A stretch of 64,000 nucleotides of DNA from Lama glama (taxonomy: Eukaryota): positions 44,952,001 through 45,016,000 of the forward strand of contig CM052816.1 of assembly GCA_028534125.1 (NCBI GenBank). The letters run 5' to 3'. Position numbers and translations under genes: made by a program. Numbering within the stretch: the first letter of the stretch is position 1; each line of letters starts with the position of its first letter. The notes beneath the pieces are model-generated. The model saw nothing but the letters and a program-made list of their open reading frames with translations. It was not told the DNA's origin and ran no database searches. Shown in pieces: positions 26,880 to 41,467 of the stretch.

Positions 26880-27260
26880 AAGGCGGTGTTTTGCAAGTAG
26901 TTGGGCACAGGATGTAAGGAAGCCCAGAGTCCTTCCATAGAACTGGACTGCGGAAAGGAGTTCTCACTCTGCCGAGGTCGCTAAGTCTAGGAGGCAGGAC
27001 TGGGGCTACCAGCAGGCATCTTCTCCATTGTTTGAAAGGGCTTGTGTGTAGAACAAAGCCTATCAGAGACCAGCAGAGATAAAAGCTGGATAGAAAAAGA
27101 AAGTGAGTCCCGTGGTACTGAGATCCCTTCTAGGATCTGAGGTCCTGGTTCCTTCGGGCGTGTGAGCTATTCCAACTACAAAAACCATCACATTTCCTTT
27201 CTGCTCAAGGTAATTTGAATTGGATTTTTTTACATGTCCAAAAGAATCTTGAGCAATTTC
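26880..27260 (+). mobile_element. Old MaLR LTR (MLT1K/L-like)
   Basis: ctggggctaccagcaggcatctt...tgtgagc...catacatttcctttctgctcaaggtaatttgaattggatttt...aaaagaatcttga. Confidence 0.55.
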
Positions 27261-28500
27261 AGGATCTTAGCATTAAAGGTTTTTGAAGTCTATTATTATT
27301 TTCTCCAGAATTCTTTTGGCTGGTCTGACATTTAGAACCTTCAATTCCAGGATGGTAAATCTTCCCACATGGCGAGCTAAGTGTTGTCTTCTTACAAACA
27401 GAAGAATGTTTAATAACACAACATATTTCCTGTGGTCCAAGTCACCAACTGTTCCTTAATCTGTCTGATTTTAGGAGAGTCTGTGGAATACAAAAATGAC
27501 TACAAGGCATCTAGAATTCTTCCCCAAAATGTCCAGGAAGCTTAATAAGGCTAATAGCAAAGAAATTCTACTTTCAGTGAATCCTATTGAGAAAATTTGT
27601 CTTCATAAAATGTCAGATACCTCATCCGACTTTCTCCAGGGAAACTGGAGCTCAGAGTTAATGAGATTACAGAAACTCTTCATCTAAGGGTTCCTGGCCA
27701 CATCTGGGCTCTCTGAGTAGCTGATCCTTTGGGCGGGCCCCCACAGATGACAAAGCACTTAGCCTTGATTCATCATACAAGATAAAGCCTGATTTTTTTT
27801 CTTTTTACTTACCCTAAAAAAAGATTGCTTGTAATGATGCTTAATCATCTTAAGTAGCTAGAGATCTGTACACTTTTATTTTACAATGCTTAAGTTTTGT
27901 CTAAAGAGAGGGCATGGTTTTGTATTGCCACCCATAGAAGCCAGCAGAACGAAGTTCAGCGGGCTTACTTTGTACTTAGCTCTAAGCAAAGCCCTAGGGG
28001 GCTTCATAAGACACCAGGTCGCCCTCTGATGGCTCAAAGTGGGATGCCAATAAGGGTTTAAAGCAGAGGCTGGATGCATGGGACTCAGTCTAGAGAAGTT
28101 GTAAGTGAGGAAGGAGGGTTGCTGTGTATAGGTTATACCCTGCTGAGATGATGCTGTAATCTGGCCCTAAATTTCTTACCAATCTATGCATCCCAGCACC
28201 TTCCTAATTGCTCCACCTGGTGGGGAAAGTTGGGAGGCAGGGACGGCGCAGCTTTTGCAGTTTGTCCAGGAATAAGTGGGATATACTAGAGGAAGTCCAA
28301 GAGGATGACAGAGCCAGGGTCTGACGTTCCTGCTCTGAGCAGCACATCCAAAGCAAGGCGAGTAGAACCATGAAGCTTTCTGTCTGAGTGAGAACCACTC
28401 AGGATTCCAATTTTGAACGAAACAACAGAGAGCAGCAAATAACTTTGATCACAAAATGAATTTCTTTCTGATAATCAAATGAACTTGATAAATAAATCTT

Positions 28501-28908
28501 GTGTGGTAGAGAGAATAATACCCCTTCACACATATCCTAATTCCCAGAACCTATGAATATGGCAAATCACATGGCAGAGGGGCACTCAAGTTGCAGACGG
28601 AAGTTAAGTTTGCTAACCAACTGACCTTAAAATATGGACAGGCTCTACAATTTCAAAATTGTAGAATAGATAAACAAGATTACACTGTATAGCACAGGGA
28701 AATATACACAAAATGTTATGATAAATCACAGAGAAAAAAATGTGACAATGAGTGTGTATATGTCCATGAATGACTGAAAAATTGTGCTGAACAATGGAAT
28801 TTGACACAACATTGTAAAATGATTATAAATCAATAAAAAAATGTTAAAAAAATATGGACAGGCTCTACAATTATCCAGGTGAGTCCAATGTAATCACAAG
28901 GGTCCTTT
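28501..28908 (+). mobile_element. MLT1D-like LTR 5' part, interrupted by a young L1
   Basis: tgtggtagagagaataat...cctaattcccagaacctatgaatat...ctgaccttaaaat [L1] ttatccaggtgagtccaatgtaatcacaagggtcctt. Confidence 0.85.
28653..28848 (+). mobile_element. Young, severely 5'-truncated LINE-1 3' end
   Basis: Nearly identical to 16968-17117. Flanked by the direct repeat aaaatatggacaggctctacaatt at 28629-28652 and 28849-28872. Confidence 0.93.
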
Positions 28909-29484
28909 AGAATAGCCCTGGTGAACAAGAATCCTCTAGTTAAGCAGTCAAGGGAGAGAAAAGGGAAATAGTCTAGGCAAGCCTAGGTGCGGTCATTAAA
29001 AACTTACATCTAGAAAGTCTCAGCCACTGTGACATTTATTTACAAAAAGAAATTAGAAAAGCATAAGTATTTTGTACTTTGTGACAACTTCACAGTCATG
29101 CACCAGTTTTAGAAGGGCTTTTTCCTGTGTTAGAAAGAAACAGAGAGACAGAGAAAGAGAGAGAGAGATTGGATTCGCAATAGCTAAAATCTTACCCTAC
29201 TTTAATCAGTTTTTATGGTTAAGTTGACAAACTTATAAATCAAGGTCTTGTTTATACTGTTTATAGGGAAGGATAAGCATGTATTCAATGAAGTACAAAA
29301 TATATGCTGAATCTGAGTAGTAGAAATCTAAAGTATATGAACTTAACTTACAGAGCTGCATGTATATTTTTTTACACTAAGAGCCACTAATGTCTTCAAT
29401 AGGTGTATAGATTTAGGGAAGACACAAACATCATTACACTACATTATATTTAGCCTCTAGGAACAAAGGTTTTATCAACCTAGA

Positions 29485-30090
29485 AAATGTTTACAAAATT
29501 AAACACGCACCTATGCTACGGCCAGAAATTCCACACTAAAGTACATATCCAAGAGAAATGAAAACATATGGCCACACAAAGACTTGGGGTGACTCTACTC
29601 ATAATGGTGAATAACTGAAAACAGGGGTCCATCAACAGGTGACTCAATAAAGAAATTTCAATCATCATATTTAAGGTAATACTACTTGACAAAGAAATGA
29701 ACCACTGTTACTTGTAATGGTTGACTCTTAAAAACCGCTCAGTGAATATCCATATGAACAATTCCATTTATGTGTTCTAGAACAGCAAAACTAATCTGTC
29801 CTGAAAAAAATCAAAGCAGTAGGATGGGAATAGGGAATGACTGGGGAGGGGGGCAAGGAAACTTTCTGGGTGGCATGAAGTGGTTTGGGTTACAAAGGAG
29901 AATGCATTTACCAAGACTATCAAACTGTACACACATAAGACTTGAAAATCTCATTGTATATAAGTTTTACCTCAAAAAAATAAATAAATGCTAAATTCTA
30001 GTGTTCATTGTGTTGAAATGCTTAGGGGGAAAGGGTACTGATTGGTGTCTGCAACTTATTTTTTAAATGCTTCAAAAAATTAAGACAATG
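29485..30090 (+). mobile_element. Old L1 (L1MB/MC-like) 3' region
   Basis: aaattaaacacgcacctatgc...caagagaaatgaaaacatatggccacacaaagactt...attccatttatgtgttctagaacagcaaaactaatct...tttacctcaaaaaaa. Confidence 0.8.
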
Positions 30091-33000
30091 CATTACAAAC
30101 ATTTTCATGCCTTATCTATTCATTTTCGTAACAATGTCTTTTGATAAGCAACAAATTTTAGGTTTGATGAAGTCCCATTTATCAGGTTTTTTTCTTTATG
30201 GTTATACTTCTTGTCTGTGTTAACACTAATAAATTGTTGCCTGTTCTAAGCTCTCAAAAATATATATAATTATAGAATGGAATGATAAATGGATAGAAAG
30301 ATAGAATAGATATGTGATAACACAAATAGCAAAAAATAAGCTCAAAAGTATCTCAGTTTTAAAAAGCAACAATTAGTGGATATCAAGCATCCACAATTAA
30401 GTAGCCAATTAAAGAACCAATTTTTAGTTAGAATCTCAATATTCACCAATTCTGTTTGCCCTTGTGCTGCCACTTGATGGACCTGTGGCAGGTCTTGTAG
30501 TGGACACCAAGACTCACTACAAGAAGCTTTCTATGGCATTTTATTTGCTCAAACATTACCTTGTAATTCCATCTCCCAAGGCTCAAGAACAATAGGTCAC
30601 GAAGGGTGAAAATTCACTCAGGTAAAGCAGAACAAGAATTTATTGAACTAGATAGAACCATTTTCAAATTCTGAAGTTAGGATAGCCAAAGTCTCTGAGT
30701 TCCCAAGAACAAATTCTTAAAACAAAGGTCTGGCTCAAAAAGAATGAAGATGATCTTATCTCTTCAGTAAGGCTTAGAATTTCCCTCACAAATGCTAGCA
30801 GTCCTGAGCTGGGGGGAAGATAACTTTAAGGTCTCTTTTAGCACACGTATCTCAACATTTGAAAAAATGTTTGTTCTCAGCACACTATATAAAGTTTACC
30901 TATTTACAAGATCTTCATCACTTTTATTTTTCTTTCTTTTCACACAAATAAGGACTCCAGACTTTCTTGATGTTACCTTCTTTACGATTTATTTTGTTCC
31001 AGAGCTTAGGGGGAAACAATGGCTGTGTCATAAAGAATGCAAACACCGCACAATGAGCAAAGTAATTCAGGAATAGTCAGAATTTGTCCTTGAGTGTGCC
31101 CTTGCCCTGAAACACTTCTGCTCCTCCCGCGTAGAGCTGCTTGGAAATTGCTGGGCTTCTCTCTTTGCTAAGCCCAATCCCTTAATAATGTCCCATAAAT
31201 CGTCACAATTCTCAGAAGTCCTTTTGGAGGGAATTTAGACTAGGAAATTTTAAAACTTTCTTAGCAAAAGGAACCCAACTCTCCAATACAAAGAATTAGT
31301 CCAAAACTGAAGATCTGTCTTTACAACTCCTAAGATAAAACTCAGATAAAGATTAGAAATAGCATTGTTTCTTTGCTATCTGCTAGTTTGGAGAATTATT
31401 TATTCTGGCTTTTAAGGATTTATCCCAAGGGAATATAAAACTGAAAGTTAAAACAAAACGGAGTGGCAGATGTAACTTAGACAGCTCTTATTGTTGTTCT
31501 TCCATAGAGATGGCTAAAATTGAAGAAATGTCCTTGAATTCAACGAATTAGTCTCCTTCTATGAAACGGTCTGCTCAACAGACATATAATATTTCCCAGA
31601 GTCTTCTTTTAGTTTTGATTTATTCAAAATACCCTTTAGCCTTTGATATTCAAGAAAATGACACTGATACTGAAAGTTCCACGTAAATTATTAGAGGGGC
31701 AGAGAACTTAGCTTCCTACTAACCTTCCTTAGCCTTGAATCAGAAAATGTTCCAAATATAAAACCTTTCTCACTTTTAATCTATGAATTTAAGCAAGTGT
31801 GGAGACCTAACTGTAAATTAGTTGGATGCTGTCAGTGCCCCCATTTCCCTTGCAGTTTTGAACCCCAAATGACAGCCTTGCGCAATGAATTTTCCAGGAC
31901 CAATTTTGATGGATGTGAAACCTCCTTAATCGGTTTACAAGGTGAAGATCTCCTTTATTTGAGTGTGTGTATGAATGTTTGTATGTGTGGTGTGCAGAAG
32001 AGAAAGTGTTAGCCAAATAGACTGAGGACAGTTAGTCTTGTTACTTCATTTTTTCCCATACTCCCTCTTTTAACTATTTATAATTAACCAGCTCTGCAGG
32101 CAAATCTAAACTATCAAATGCCAAAAGATTTTGCTACAACTTACTATTCAAAAAGCATTTATTGAGCTCCTACTTTGTACCAGAGCCAGAAGAAACAGCT
32201 ATTTAAGATGTGTCTGTGGCTTTAAGATGCTTATGATCACAGTATATGATCAGCTGGTAGAGCAAAGAGAGGGACTTTATGGTATTTCCTCCTTGGCACT
32301 GAAATTCTTCATAATAAAAATAAATAGGAAAGCATTTTGGCAAGATGTCTCTAAATTCTGTTGTAAAGCTAAAATTCTGTGATCATATGAATTCATTATA
32401 CTTTTCTTAGATGTGTTAGACTTTTTGAAGTTGGAAGAAAAGTGAAAAGCCCAGTTTAATATGGTTAAAGTTAGTTTCCTGTACAGAAAACCAGGGAATT
32501 GAAGAATAAAAAAATCATCATCATCATCATCTCAATAGCTTTCTTCTAGCCACTGAGCCCACTTTCAGCCCTCCTTAATGACAAGTTCAAGTTGCTGATG
32601 GTTCATTCCACTACTTTATATTTCAGCTTGTATAATGTCTACTTCTCTTGCTACTCATTCAGTAATTCTGCTCTTTTTCCTTCAACCTTTGGCTTTTATA
32701 TATACTGGCTTTGGCAACCTTATGGAGTCTACTAGTTGATTTCTTTCTGTGAGTCTCTGTGCTTCCAAGGTGCTTTACCATCTGTGTGTCTCACTTTTGA
32801 ATGCCTTAAGAAGATCTAACCAGGACCAGTCTCCTACTTCCTGTAGAGAGCATCCTGTTTCCCAGGGTTCTTATGCCATGACCTGCCACACCACAGATCA
32901 CCGACCAGTATGGTGCTGCCTTCCTTCCTTTGATGTAGGTGCTAATCGTTGACCCAGTCACCTGTGCTCCCAAGCAAGATCTCCCCTGCCCAGGGTAAGG

Positions 33001-34037
33001 ACCTCCCTATGTCTGTGTTCTTCAGAAACAGGATATGGATTTAAGTGGCATTAAAACAAACACCTAATATATTTGGACAGCATACATTTTCTCAGGCTAT
33101 ACTAGACCATCGTCAACTTAGATCTCATGTGGTGTGTATATACACACATAAGGATGAAATTCAGAAAATTTGGCTGGGCTACCTGTAGAGCAAAGGCAAA
33201 ATAAGGTAGTCCTCACTTCTATACTAAGAACACTACCTCAAAAATTGCACACTTAAAAGCAGAAGTTAAAAGAAAGAAAATTTTAAAACTCACCTATAGC
33301 CTTTTCAAATTACGAGCCCAAAGTTTTTAACATAATAAAAATGCAGATGCAGTTTCTGATGAAAAATTCAAATTAAAAAAAAATAATAATCTACCCACAA
33401 AGATCAGAAACATTTATCAGTGGGGCTTATGTTTCTGATAAATATTTAAGTGTGTAAGGCAGAAACACTGAGAACAATAAATACTTTATAGCTGGCACTT
33501 TGTCAAACCTATAAGTGGCTCTGCCTTAGGATTTTACATCATCACTGAATTTACAGTCATTTGATAAGTGGAACAGGACAAGAATTACTTCTTTCTAAAT
33601 CTAAACCAGGTAATAAATCTAACATCAGGATTCTTCTTATTGTCTGTTATCATCTGATGACAATGCCTTTTACCTTCATTGTCTTGGCAGAAGTATGCTA
33701 TGTAAAATTATAATGTCATATCACTCATGGTGATTTAACACTATCCAGCCCATACCATTTTAATCAATCAAAATTGTCGCTTTTTAGTGTAATGATTTTG
33801 TGGTGAATTCCCTGTGTTTAATATGATATATGGTCCTATCTACCCATTGATTTACTATTCTCTTCCAAAGTCGAACAGCTCAGGAGGCTGTTCTGGCTTT
33901 TGGACATCTTTGGAATTAGCAAACAAGAATAATTTGTGCTAATAAAAATGCTAATTTCCACAGCACAATGAAAGCTGAAAAAAAATCTGAAGTGACAGTA
34001 GCTGCAGCTACTTTTAAGTTGAAATAAAAGATGGTTT

Positions 34038-34145
34038 CGTTTTTTGGTTTTTGGTTTATTTACTTGTCTATTTTTATTGAAGTAAAACTGGTTTACAATG
34101 TTGTGTTAATTTCTAGTGTACAGCATAGTGATTCCGTTAAATATA

Positions 34146-34202
<57 letters not shown>

Positions 34203-34285
34203 CTTTTCATATTCTTTTTCATTATAGGCTATTACAAGGTATTGTATATAATTCCCTGTGCTATATAGCAGGACCTTGTTGTTTA
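34038..34285 (-). mobile_element. LINE-1 3' end, antisense, with internal (TG)n(TA)n
   Basis: ttttattgaagtaaaactggtttacaatgttgtgtt...ttccctgtgctatatagcaggaccttgttgttt. TSD aaaagatggttt at 34026-34037 and 34286-34297. Confidence 0.9.
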
Positions 34286-34584
34286 AAAAGATGGTTTTCT
34301 GAATTAAAACCATAGAAGACCTAGAGCTTTTTCCTCTGTATCTACCTACGTTCAATACTATAATCAGGTACCTCAGTACATGATTTTTCCTTCAATACTA
34401 CGAAGAAAAATCGGGAACACACAAAGTATTCCCCTTTATTGAATTCAGGCATACGCTGTACAAATTTCTTTGTTCTTTGAAAAAAAATTGTAAGATAGTT
34501 TAAAGTGATCTCTTAAACATTTATAAATCTTTTCTGCTAGAGATAAGCAATAAAAAATCAACCTCAGTTCCCATTTCTCAACTA

Positions 34585-35030
34585 TATTATGCATTTAGAA
34601 TTGGCTCCACTGCAGTAACAACCAACCACAAAATCTCAGTGGCCAAGCACAAAAATTTTTGGCTCATGCTAAGTACTACAAATAGGTCCACAGATAGTCA
34701 TTTAGGGACTCAGTGGCTCAGGGATCCATGCTACGTACTCCACATAGGTCACTAGAGAGCCACTGAGGGAGTCCGGGGTGTGGGGGCTCTACTGTCTCAC
34801 AGCTGTACCATCTGGAGTATACAGCCTCCTGAGACACTGTAGAAGGGAAAGAAAGAGCTGCAGGTCCTGAGTCAGTGATTATACAACTAAATTATTAGTC
34901 TCTTGTGCTCATAGCCCATTGGGCAGAACTAGTTACATGGCTTTTCCCAACTGCAAAGTTGGGGGAAATCATAATCCTCCTATGTGCCTGGAAGAAGAAA
35001 ATAGGATATGGGTGAGCTCAAGAAGTCACA
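34585..35030 (-). mobile_element. Old MaLR LTR, antisense
   Basis: ctgcagtaacaaccaaccacaaaatctcagtggc...cccattgggcagaactagttacatggc...cccaactgcaaag...ataatcctcctatgtgcc. Confidence 0.7.
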
Positions 35031-35619
35031 AACTTACATGTTCTTAAAGAATAAAGATTTCCAAATTTATTACTGGCAACTCTCCTTGCAGAATCTTTAA
35101 AAAACATGTACTTCCTCTAGAATCTATACTGTTAAACACACTCAGAGAGAAATTTACCTATATGAGACCATATAAATTAAGATTAATAACTGATTCCATT
35201 ATTTAAGCTGCCACATATATTCAAATAAGAAGAAAGCAAATATTCTATTTATAGTTTAAGCTAATAAAAATACTTATCTGTAGAATTTTTTAAACCTTGC
35301 TCCAATTGGCAAAGTAATAAAAAATTAAAACAAAATTTTTCACTTTGACACTCAGTCATCCCATCTCTGGCTCACTTAGGCATAAACACAGAATTTAAGC
35401 ATAAAAATATTAATAAGAAATCTAAGACGCCAATATTTTTAATTTAACCTCAGCAGAACGAGTTGAGCTTCTTTCAACTTGTTAGTTTCCCTCCCCACTG
35501 TTACCACTCCCACCAGTCAGCAGGTGGTCACTGCAGTCCCCAGTGGGCACAATCAAGAGCCCCTGGGTTGAACTTCCCCAAGGCTCCCCCAGTGCTGATG
35601 GGGGAGAAGAATATGAGTT

Positions 35620-36122
35620 TCTTTATTCATTCAACAAATACTTATTGAATACCTGCTGTGCACCAGGCAATCCACCATACTCTGAGCAATAACGGAAATA
35701 AACAACCAAAAAAAAAAAAGAATTATTCTCTTGGACCTCACATACTAGTGAGAGAGGAGGGCAAACAAGATTAAGAGAAGCCATAGAATAAACAAACAAC
35801 AAATGAGGAGGATAATTCTATGTAATGATGAGTGCTATGAGGAAAACAAAGCCAAATAAAAGGATAGAGAAGGAGTAGTGTTTGCAGCTACTTTGGAGAA
35901 CATGGCCAGAAAAGGTCTCTGAGGAAAAGACATTTGATCTGAGAAGAGGAGGGTGTGAAGAAGCTAAGGAAGAAAAGAAAGGCAAAGATTGAAGAGGTAA
36001 AGCCAGGGTTGAAGGATACCCAAAGGTAAAGGTCTTAAGACAGGAAAAAGCTTGGCATAAGACAATAAAACTACCAGGGCCATGGGTAAGAAACAAGGAA
36101 ACTCGGTAGATGGGCCAAGTCA
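35620..36122 (-). mobile_element. L2 3' region, antisense
   Basis: ttattcattcaacaaatacttattgaatacctgctgtgcaccaggca...aggtctctgaggaaaagacatttgatctgaga. Confidence 0.8.
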
Positions 36123-36134
36123 AGACAGGATCAG

Positions 36135-36490
36135 AGTATCACTTATGTGTACAATCTAAAAAAATGACAAAAATGAATTTATTTACAAAATAGAAACAGA
36201 CTCATAGACATAGAAAACAAACTTACGGTTACCAGAGGAGAAAGGAGGGGAAGAGGGATAAATTGGGACTTCAGGATTTGCAAATATAAACTATACTACT
36301 ATATATAAAATAGAAAAAACAAGGTCTTACTGTGTCGCACAGAGAACTATAATCAATACCTTAATAATTTATAATGAAAAAGAACAGAGAAAAGAATATA
36401 TATATATGCATGTCTATAACTAAACCATTATGTGTTATACCAGAAACTAATACAACAATGTAAATCAACTATACTTCAATTTTGAAAAAT
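36135..36490 (+). mobile_element. LINE-1 3' end
   Basis: tatcacttatgtgtacaatctaaaaaaatgac...gaaacagactcatagacatagaaaacaaactt...gtaaatcaactatacttcaat. TSD agacaggatcag at 36123-36134 and 36491-36502. Confidence 0.92.
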
Positions 36491-37059
36491 AGACAGGATC
36501 AGGAGAAAATAAGATAACAGATTAACAGCAATTCAAGATAAGCCAGTAGTCATCAGAACCCCAAGCCATTAATGTGGTATACAACAGAAAATTTCATGTG
36601 GCAATTAACAGTTTAGTAGGGCTGCTAGGACAAAAGAGAGTGTTTTCCATCCAATTCTAAACAGTAACCCTGAAGATATTTAGGTAGTTGAAATTACTGA
36701 GTGGTCAGTATAAACTTGGAGGTTGTGAAGGAAAAGGGGTGAGGGGGAAAGTAAGAGACTGAGTCTGTCTTAAGAAATCAACAACTAAATAGAAAAAGCA
36801 GAAGATGTACTACTTGAGAACGAGTCAAGGACTTTTGAAAACAAAATATAACTAAGTGCAAATTAACATGAGACAAATTATGTCTCAAGTGCAGAGGAGA
36901 GAGTCAGAAACAAGTGAATTACTCAGGAAAGGAGGCAGTGAATTTTATTTAGAGTTTTGGAGTAGAGGCCATGTGAAAAATTTTCTTGTGGAATGCTATA
37001 AAAGTCTCAGAGCAAAGTATTCCACATGGAGGGAAAAGGAGTATGGAAGGTGTGAAAAA

Positions 37060-38770
37060 TGGTTATTGTTTTGCTTATCTGTCGTTGTATAACGAACCAT
37101 TATAAAATCTATTGGCTTAAGATTTTATAATCTCTCATGGTTCTATTGACTGAGCTCTGCTGGGTGGTACTTTTTGGGGGTCTCTTGTACAATTAAAGTA
37201 AGACAGTGGCTAAGACTCAGCCAGGCTGCTAATCCAAGATGGCAGCTGATGCTGGCTCTTAGAGAGAGCTCAGCTGGACCATTCAACTGGAGTGCCCACA
37301 AGTGGCCTCTCTGTGTCTCCTGGGTATCTCACAGTAGCAGCTAGTTTCTAAGAGAGAATGTCTAATAAGCAAGCATCACCAGAGAGCAAGGCAGAAGCTG
37401 TAAAGCTTCTTACCATCTAGCCTCACAAGTCCCATAACATCACTTCCACCGCATTCTGTTGGCCAACCAACTTACTAAGATCAGCCTAGATTCAAGGGGA
37501 AGGAAATTAAACATCACTCCTCAACATGAGTAGGAGCATGTATATATAAAAAGCAACAGAATTTATATGGGTAATCTTTTACTATCCATTACAATCTACC
37601 CTTTGGCCACCAAAAATCCATGCCCCTCCCACTCACTTTCTTAAGACTGTCAACATTCTCATCCCACTATAACATCAGGCTCAGGCTTGAGGGCCAAGAT
37701 CTTATCATTTACATAAGTTCCAAGTGAGGATATGCTGTTTCCTCAGGTTTTGCTTCTCAAGTATAGTTTCTATCAGTCTGAAGACCTGCTAACTAAAGAG
37801 ACAAGTTATCCGTCACATACACAACCCCACACAATAGCAAGTAGGCATAGGATAACTGAAATAGATAGTCCCTGTCACAAAGAGACAAAATGAGAAGGAC
37901 ACAGCAGGTCCACAGTAGTTCTGAAATCCATTTGGGCATGGGTAACCAGTTCCTTGATTATGGCATAGTCCTGTTCCCTGAGAATAATTCACTGGAGTTT
38001 GGGGGATCTTGGTTCTGCCTTCTAAGTCATCCTTCTTTACCCATGAGAATAATCATCCTTGTACTAAGTAGTTTTTTCAGCCTGCCTCCTGCAGGTTAAG
38101 GGAACAAAAACTTCTTTTCATTTTTACTATCTCCTCTCTATCATTCCAAGCTAATACTTCCTTTCAAAGCTTTATTGGCTTCCTGTATGTCAAATCATAA
38201 TCCATTTCATTCAACAAAAGTCACACTCCAATTTCTTTCCAAAAATTACTTGACCTACACACCAAGATCCCACTGGACAATGACCTGAGACTACTTAGAA
38301 GCCTTTTTATCTAGTTGAAAATATCTAAGAGTCACACTCTTAAGATTCCTCAGGGCCTCTATTTTCTAGTAGGAAAGATATACCAGAATATTCTTAGAAG
38401 TTCTATTAAGCACCCTTAAATTTTTCTCCAGTTATAACAAAGAGTCTCACAGGCATATTCTTGAGATCTTTATTTGTACCATCCTGGATTTGATCTTTCT
38501 CTGATGTCATCACTGACTTTGAGAACCTTTTGGTGAGAGATACTGAAAATGAAAAACAATTTTACATTTTTAACACAGAAAGTCCTGACTTCCTTATACT
38601 TCCTCTAATTTTGCTTAAAAACTGTTCCTTAAATTTCTCTAAATTCTATTCAAACCATTCCTTCTTGAGTTCCTATCTCGCCTCCTATTTTATCACAAGC
38701 AGTAAAAATACTATTTGGTAATGTCTAAATCTATGGAGCAATATTCATAAGTTCCTTAGGTACATGTATC
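37060..38770 (-). mobile_element. MaLR provirus remnant (MLT1H-like LTR ~37060-37593 plus internal sequence)
   Basis: LTR words caaggcagaagctgtaaagc...tctagcctcacaagtcccataacatcacttccaccgcattctgttggc, followed directly by atctaccctttggccacc, the typical MLT1 internal junction. Confidence 0.75.
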
Positions 38771-39199
38771 ACATTGTAATTGCTGCTGCTTCACTTGTGC
38801 CCCCCACCCCAAATTTCATTCACATTTCTCTTGCAGCAACTCTAACCCAGAATCAAACAGGAAAAAGGATAGGGAAACACAGACCAAGCTTAGCTGACAA
38901 AACAAAAACTATCACAGTTATAGATGCAGCAAAAGTTACGTTCCTCCTTTTCTTATAAGCTTATCCCTCTTTGTCTACAAACATTGCAGAAATGCTTAAA
39001 GAAAACAAGTAAAAGTTTCATATTCTATAACAAATTGCTTTTTTCCTTAACATGTCAATTTTTAGGAAGGCAGAACTATTAATTGTCACTGCATTATGTA
39101 GTCACTATCTCCTTGTGCCCCTGTAAAGCCCTGCCCTTCTCTCAGATTATCCCTCAGGTCTGATTGTCATCCAGTAAGGAAAAACTTCATCAGTTGCTG

Positions 39200-40260
39200 T
39201 TCTGCTTATATAATTGTAAGAGTTGTTTATAAATGAAATTTAATCAATACAAAAAAGCATAATAGGTCAGGCAAAAATCATTAGAAATTACATGACACTG
39301 CAACGACCACCATTAGTACTTTAGTGATCATTGCCTCATGGTTCTCTTTATGCATCTGTGCATATACACTCTTTTATGTTGACCAAGGTATTTGTCATTG
39401 TAAACAACTGTTATTTATTTACCTATTTACTAATTTATTTGCTTATGTGTTTGTTTTCCTTGTCTTCCCTCTACTTTTCTGTAAGCCATCACATCTTCAT
39501 TAAGGTAACCAGTGTTAGAAACCTACAATAGAGTTTTCTGTGGCTTTCACTGTGTGTATGTGGTGGAGGCAGGTGGGGATTGGCATGGTTTACCGTGGCT
39601 TATCTCTACTTTTTGAAAATCTCTTCAACTCAACTGGTAGAGAGGAGACAGTTAATAATTTACTTGAATGAATTCATAGTATATAAATTCTTACTCCTGT
39701 TGGAATTTGTATCTTGTATATAACAAAAGGAATGGAGCCTGTTTTCAATGTCACCAAAATGAATAACCAGTTGTATTAACAATATTTATTAAACAAAACC
39801 TATGTTCCCAGAAAATTGCCATATGGTAAATCCCTTGTATACTGGCTTAAATTCTCTATTTTATTCTTCATATATATATGAAATATATGTATATATTTCT
39901 GATACTATACAAATACCATATTATTTGTTAATAATGGATTAATGTCTTAATATATATTAAGACAAAGTTATTCTTACTCTATCTTTTCTTAATTTTTTGG
40001 CTGTGCTTCATGGTTCATTCTTTTACATTCAGATACTTAGTCTCATTTTATGTAATATATTTTTAAAATATTGAGATTCTACTTGAAGTTGCACAAATGT
40101 ATGTATTAATTTGGTATTATTGACATTTTATGTTATTGAGTCTTTCCATTCAAGAGCATGATGTCTTTCAGATTGGTTAATGGACTTCAATAGATATTGT
40201 ATTTTTCTTCATATAGGTATAGTTTCCTACTTTATAAGTTTACCTCTAACATTTCATAGT
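39200..40260 (-). mobile_element. Old L1 fragments, antisense
   Basis: aaccagttgtattaacaatatttattaa, tgtattaatttgg...ttgacattttatgttattgagtctttccattcaagagcatg. Confidence 0.6.
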
Positions 40261-41467
40261 TTTCCTAGAACAAATAAGCCTAACTAACTAAACTTGCTTT
40301 TTGGCTCCTTGGATAATTAGCATGGGCCACGACCAACTTCTCAGTCAGAATTATACCAGGGAGCTGAGCTAATTAGCTTCAACATTAACAAAGTCAAGAT
40401 CATAGGGCAATCCCAGTTGTAGACCAGTTACAACAGCCAGCCAGAAAAAGTAGGAGTGAACGACAGCAAATTCGTGGTCACTAACAGACAAGAAAAAAGC
40501 ATTCTATTTATTCCCTGATAAATGTTTGACTGGAATGTTTATAAGAAGTAACTTAAAATACACACCACACACATACATTGTTTCACAGTTAAATGGTTTA
40601 AAATAAAATGCAGACTAGAGGCAAGAGCAGGAAAACCCCAACTACAAATTACAAACCACCTTGTTTAAGCTTGACACAAACTGTCTCTTCAGCAAACTGC
40701 CTCTGCCTTAATTAGAAGTCACAAGTAACATCAGTAATGAAACAAACTGTTGGTTCTCCATCCTAGATATCAGCTTCATAACTTTTTAAAGTTTTATTTT
40801 TAAAAGTCCTAAACGCAATCATTTTCATTTGGAAGATTCTATCATCAAGAATTAACATAAATCTTTTGCAAGACAGTACAAACAGGAAGAACAGTACATG
40901 AATCTTACCATCTATTCTTTCTGGTAATTGGTCTGTAGCTCTAACTATTTGGTCCTAATTTCAAGACACATAGGAAGACAGATCAGTTGGTTAGCTGAAT
41001 AGTTTCAATCAAGATGTTTCTGTGTATCCCTAAATACCAAATTATCTTATAATTTCTACGACAGTATTTTAGGGTTGGGATGAACTTAAGAATTCTGTAT
41101 CCCAGACATTTAAGCTCTACTTGATTGTATTATGTATATTTCCAATAAACATGTCATCCAACAAAATTGAATTAAGATTTTGGTAAGCTAGACAGTGGCC
41201 CAGGGTGCCAGGCCATAACAGACACCAAAAATCCCTTAAGTAAATTAAAAACATGGCACCAGTCAACTGAGGTTTGACATATGATTACTTATGCAACAGT
41301 CAAATTATAAGCGAATCCTGTCCTCATTTAGTTCCTGGTTTTGAATATATGTATATCTGGAAAAATACATATTTACATTATTCATAATCTCTACTGCCTT
41401 TTATGGTGAATGGATCCTTTCACATGGAGGATATTTTAGTAGCTCTGTTTTAAAAAATCTCACAGTT

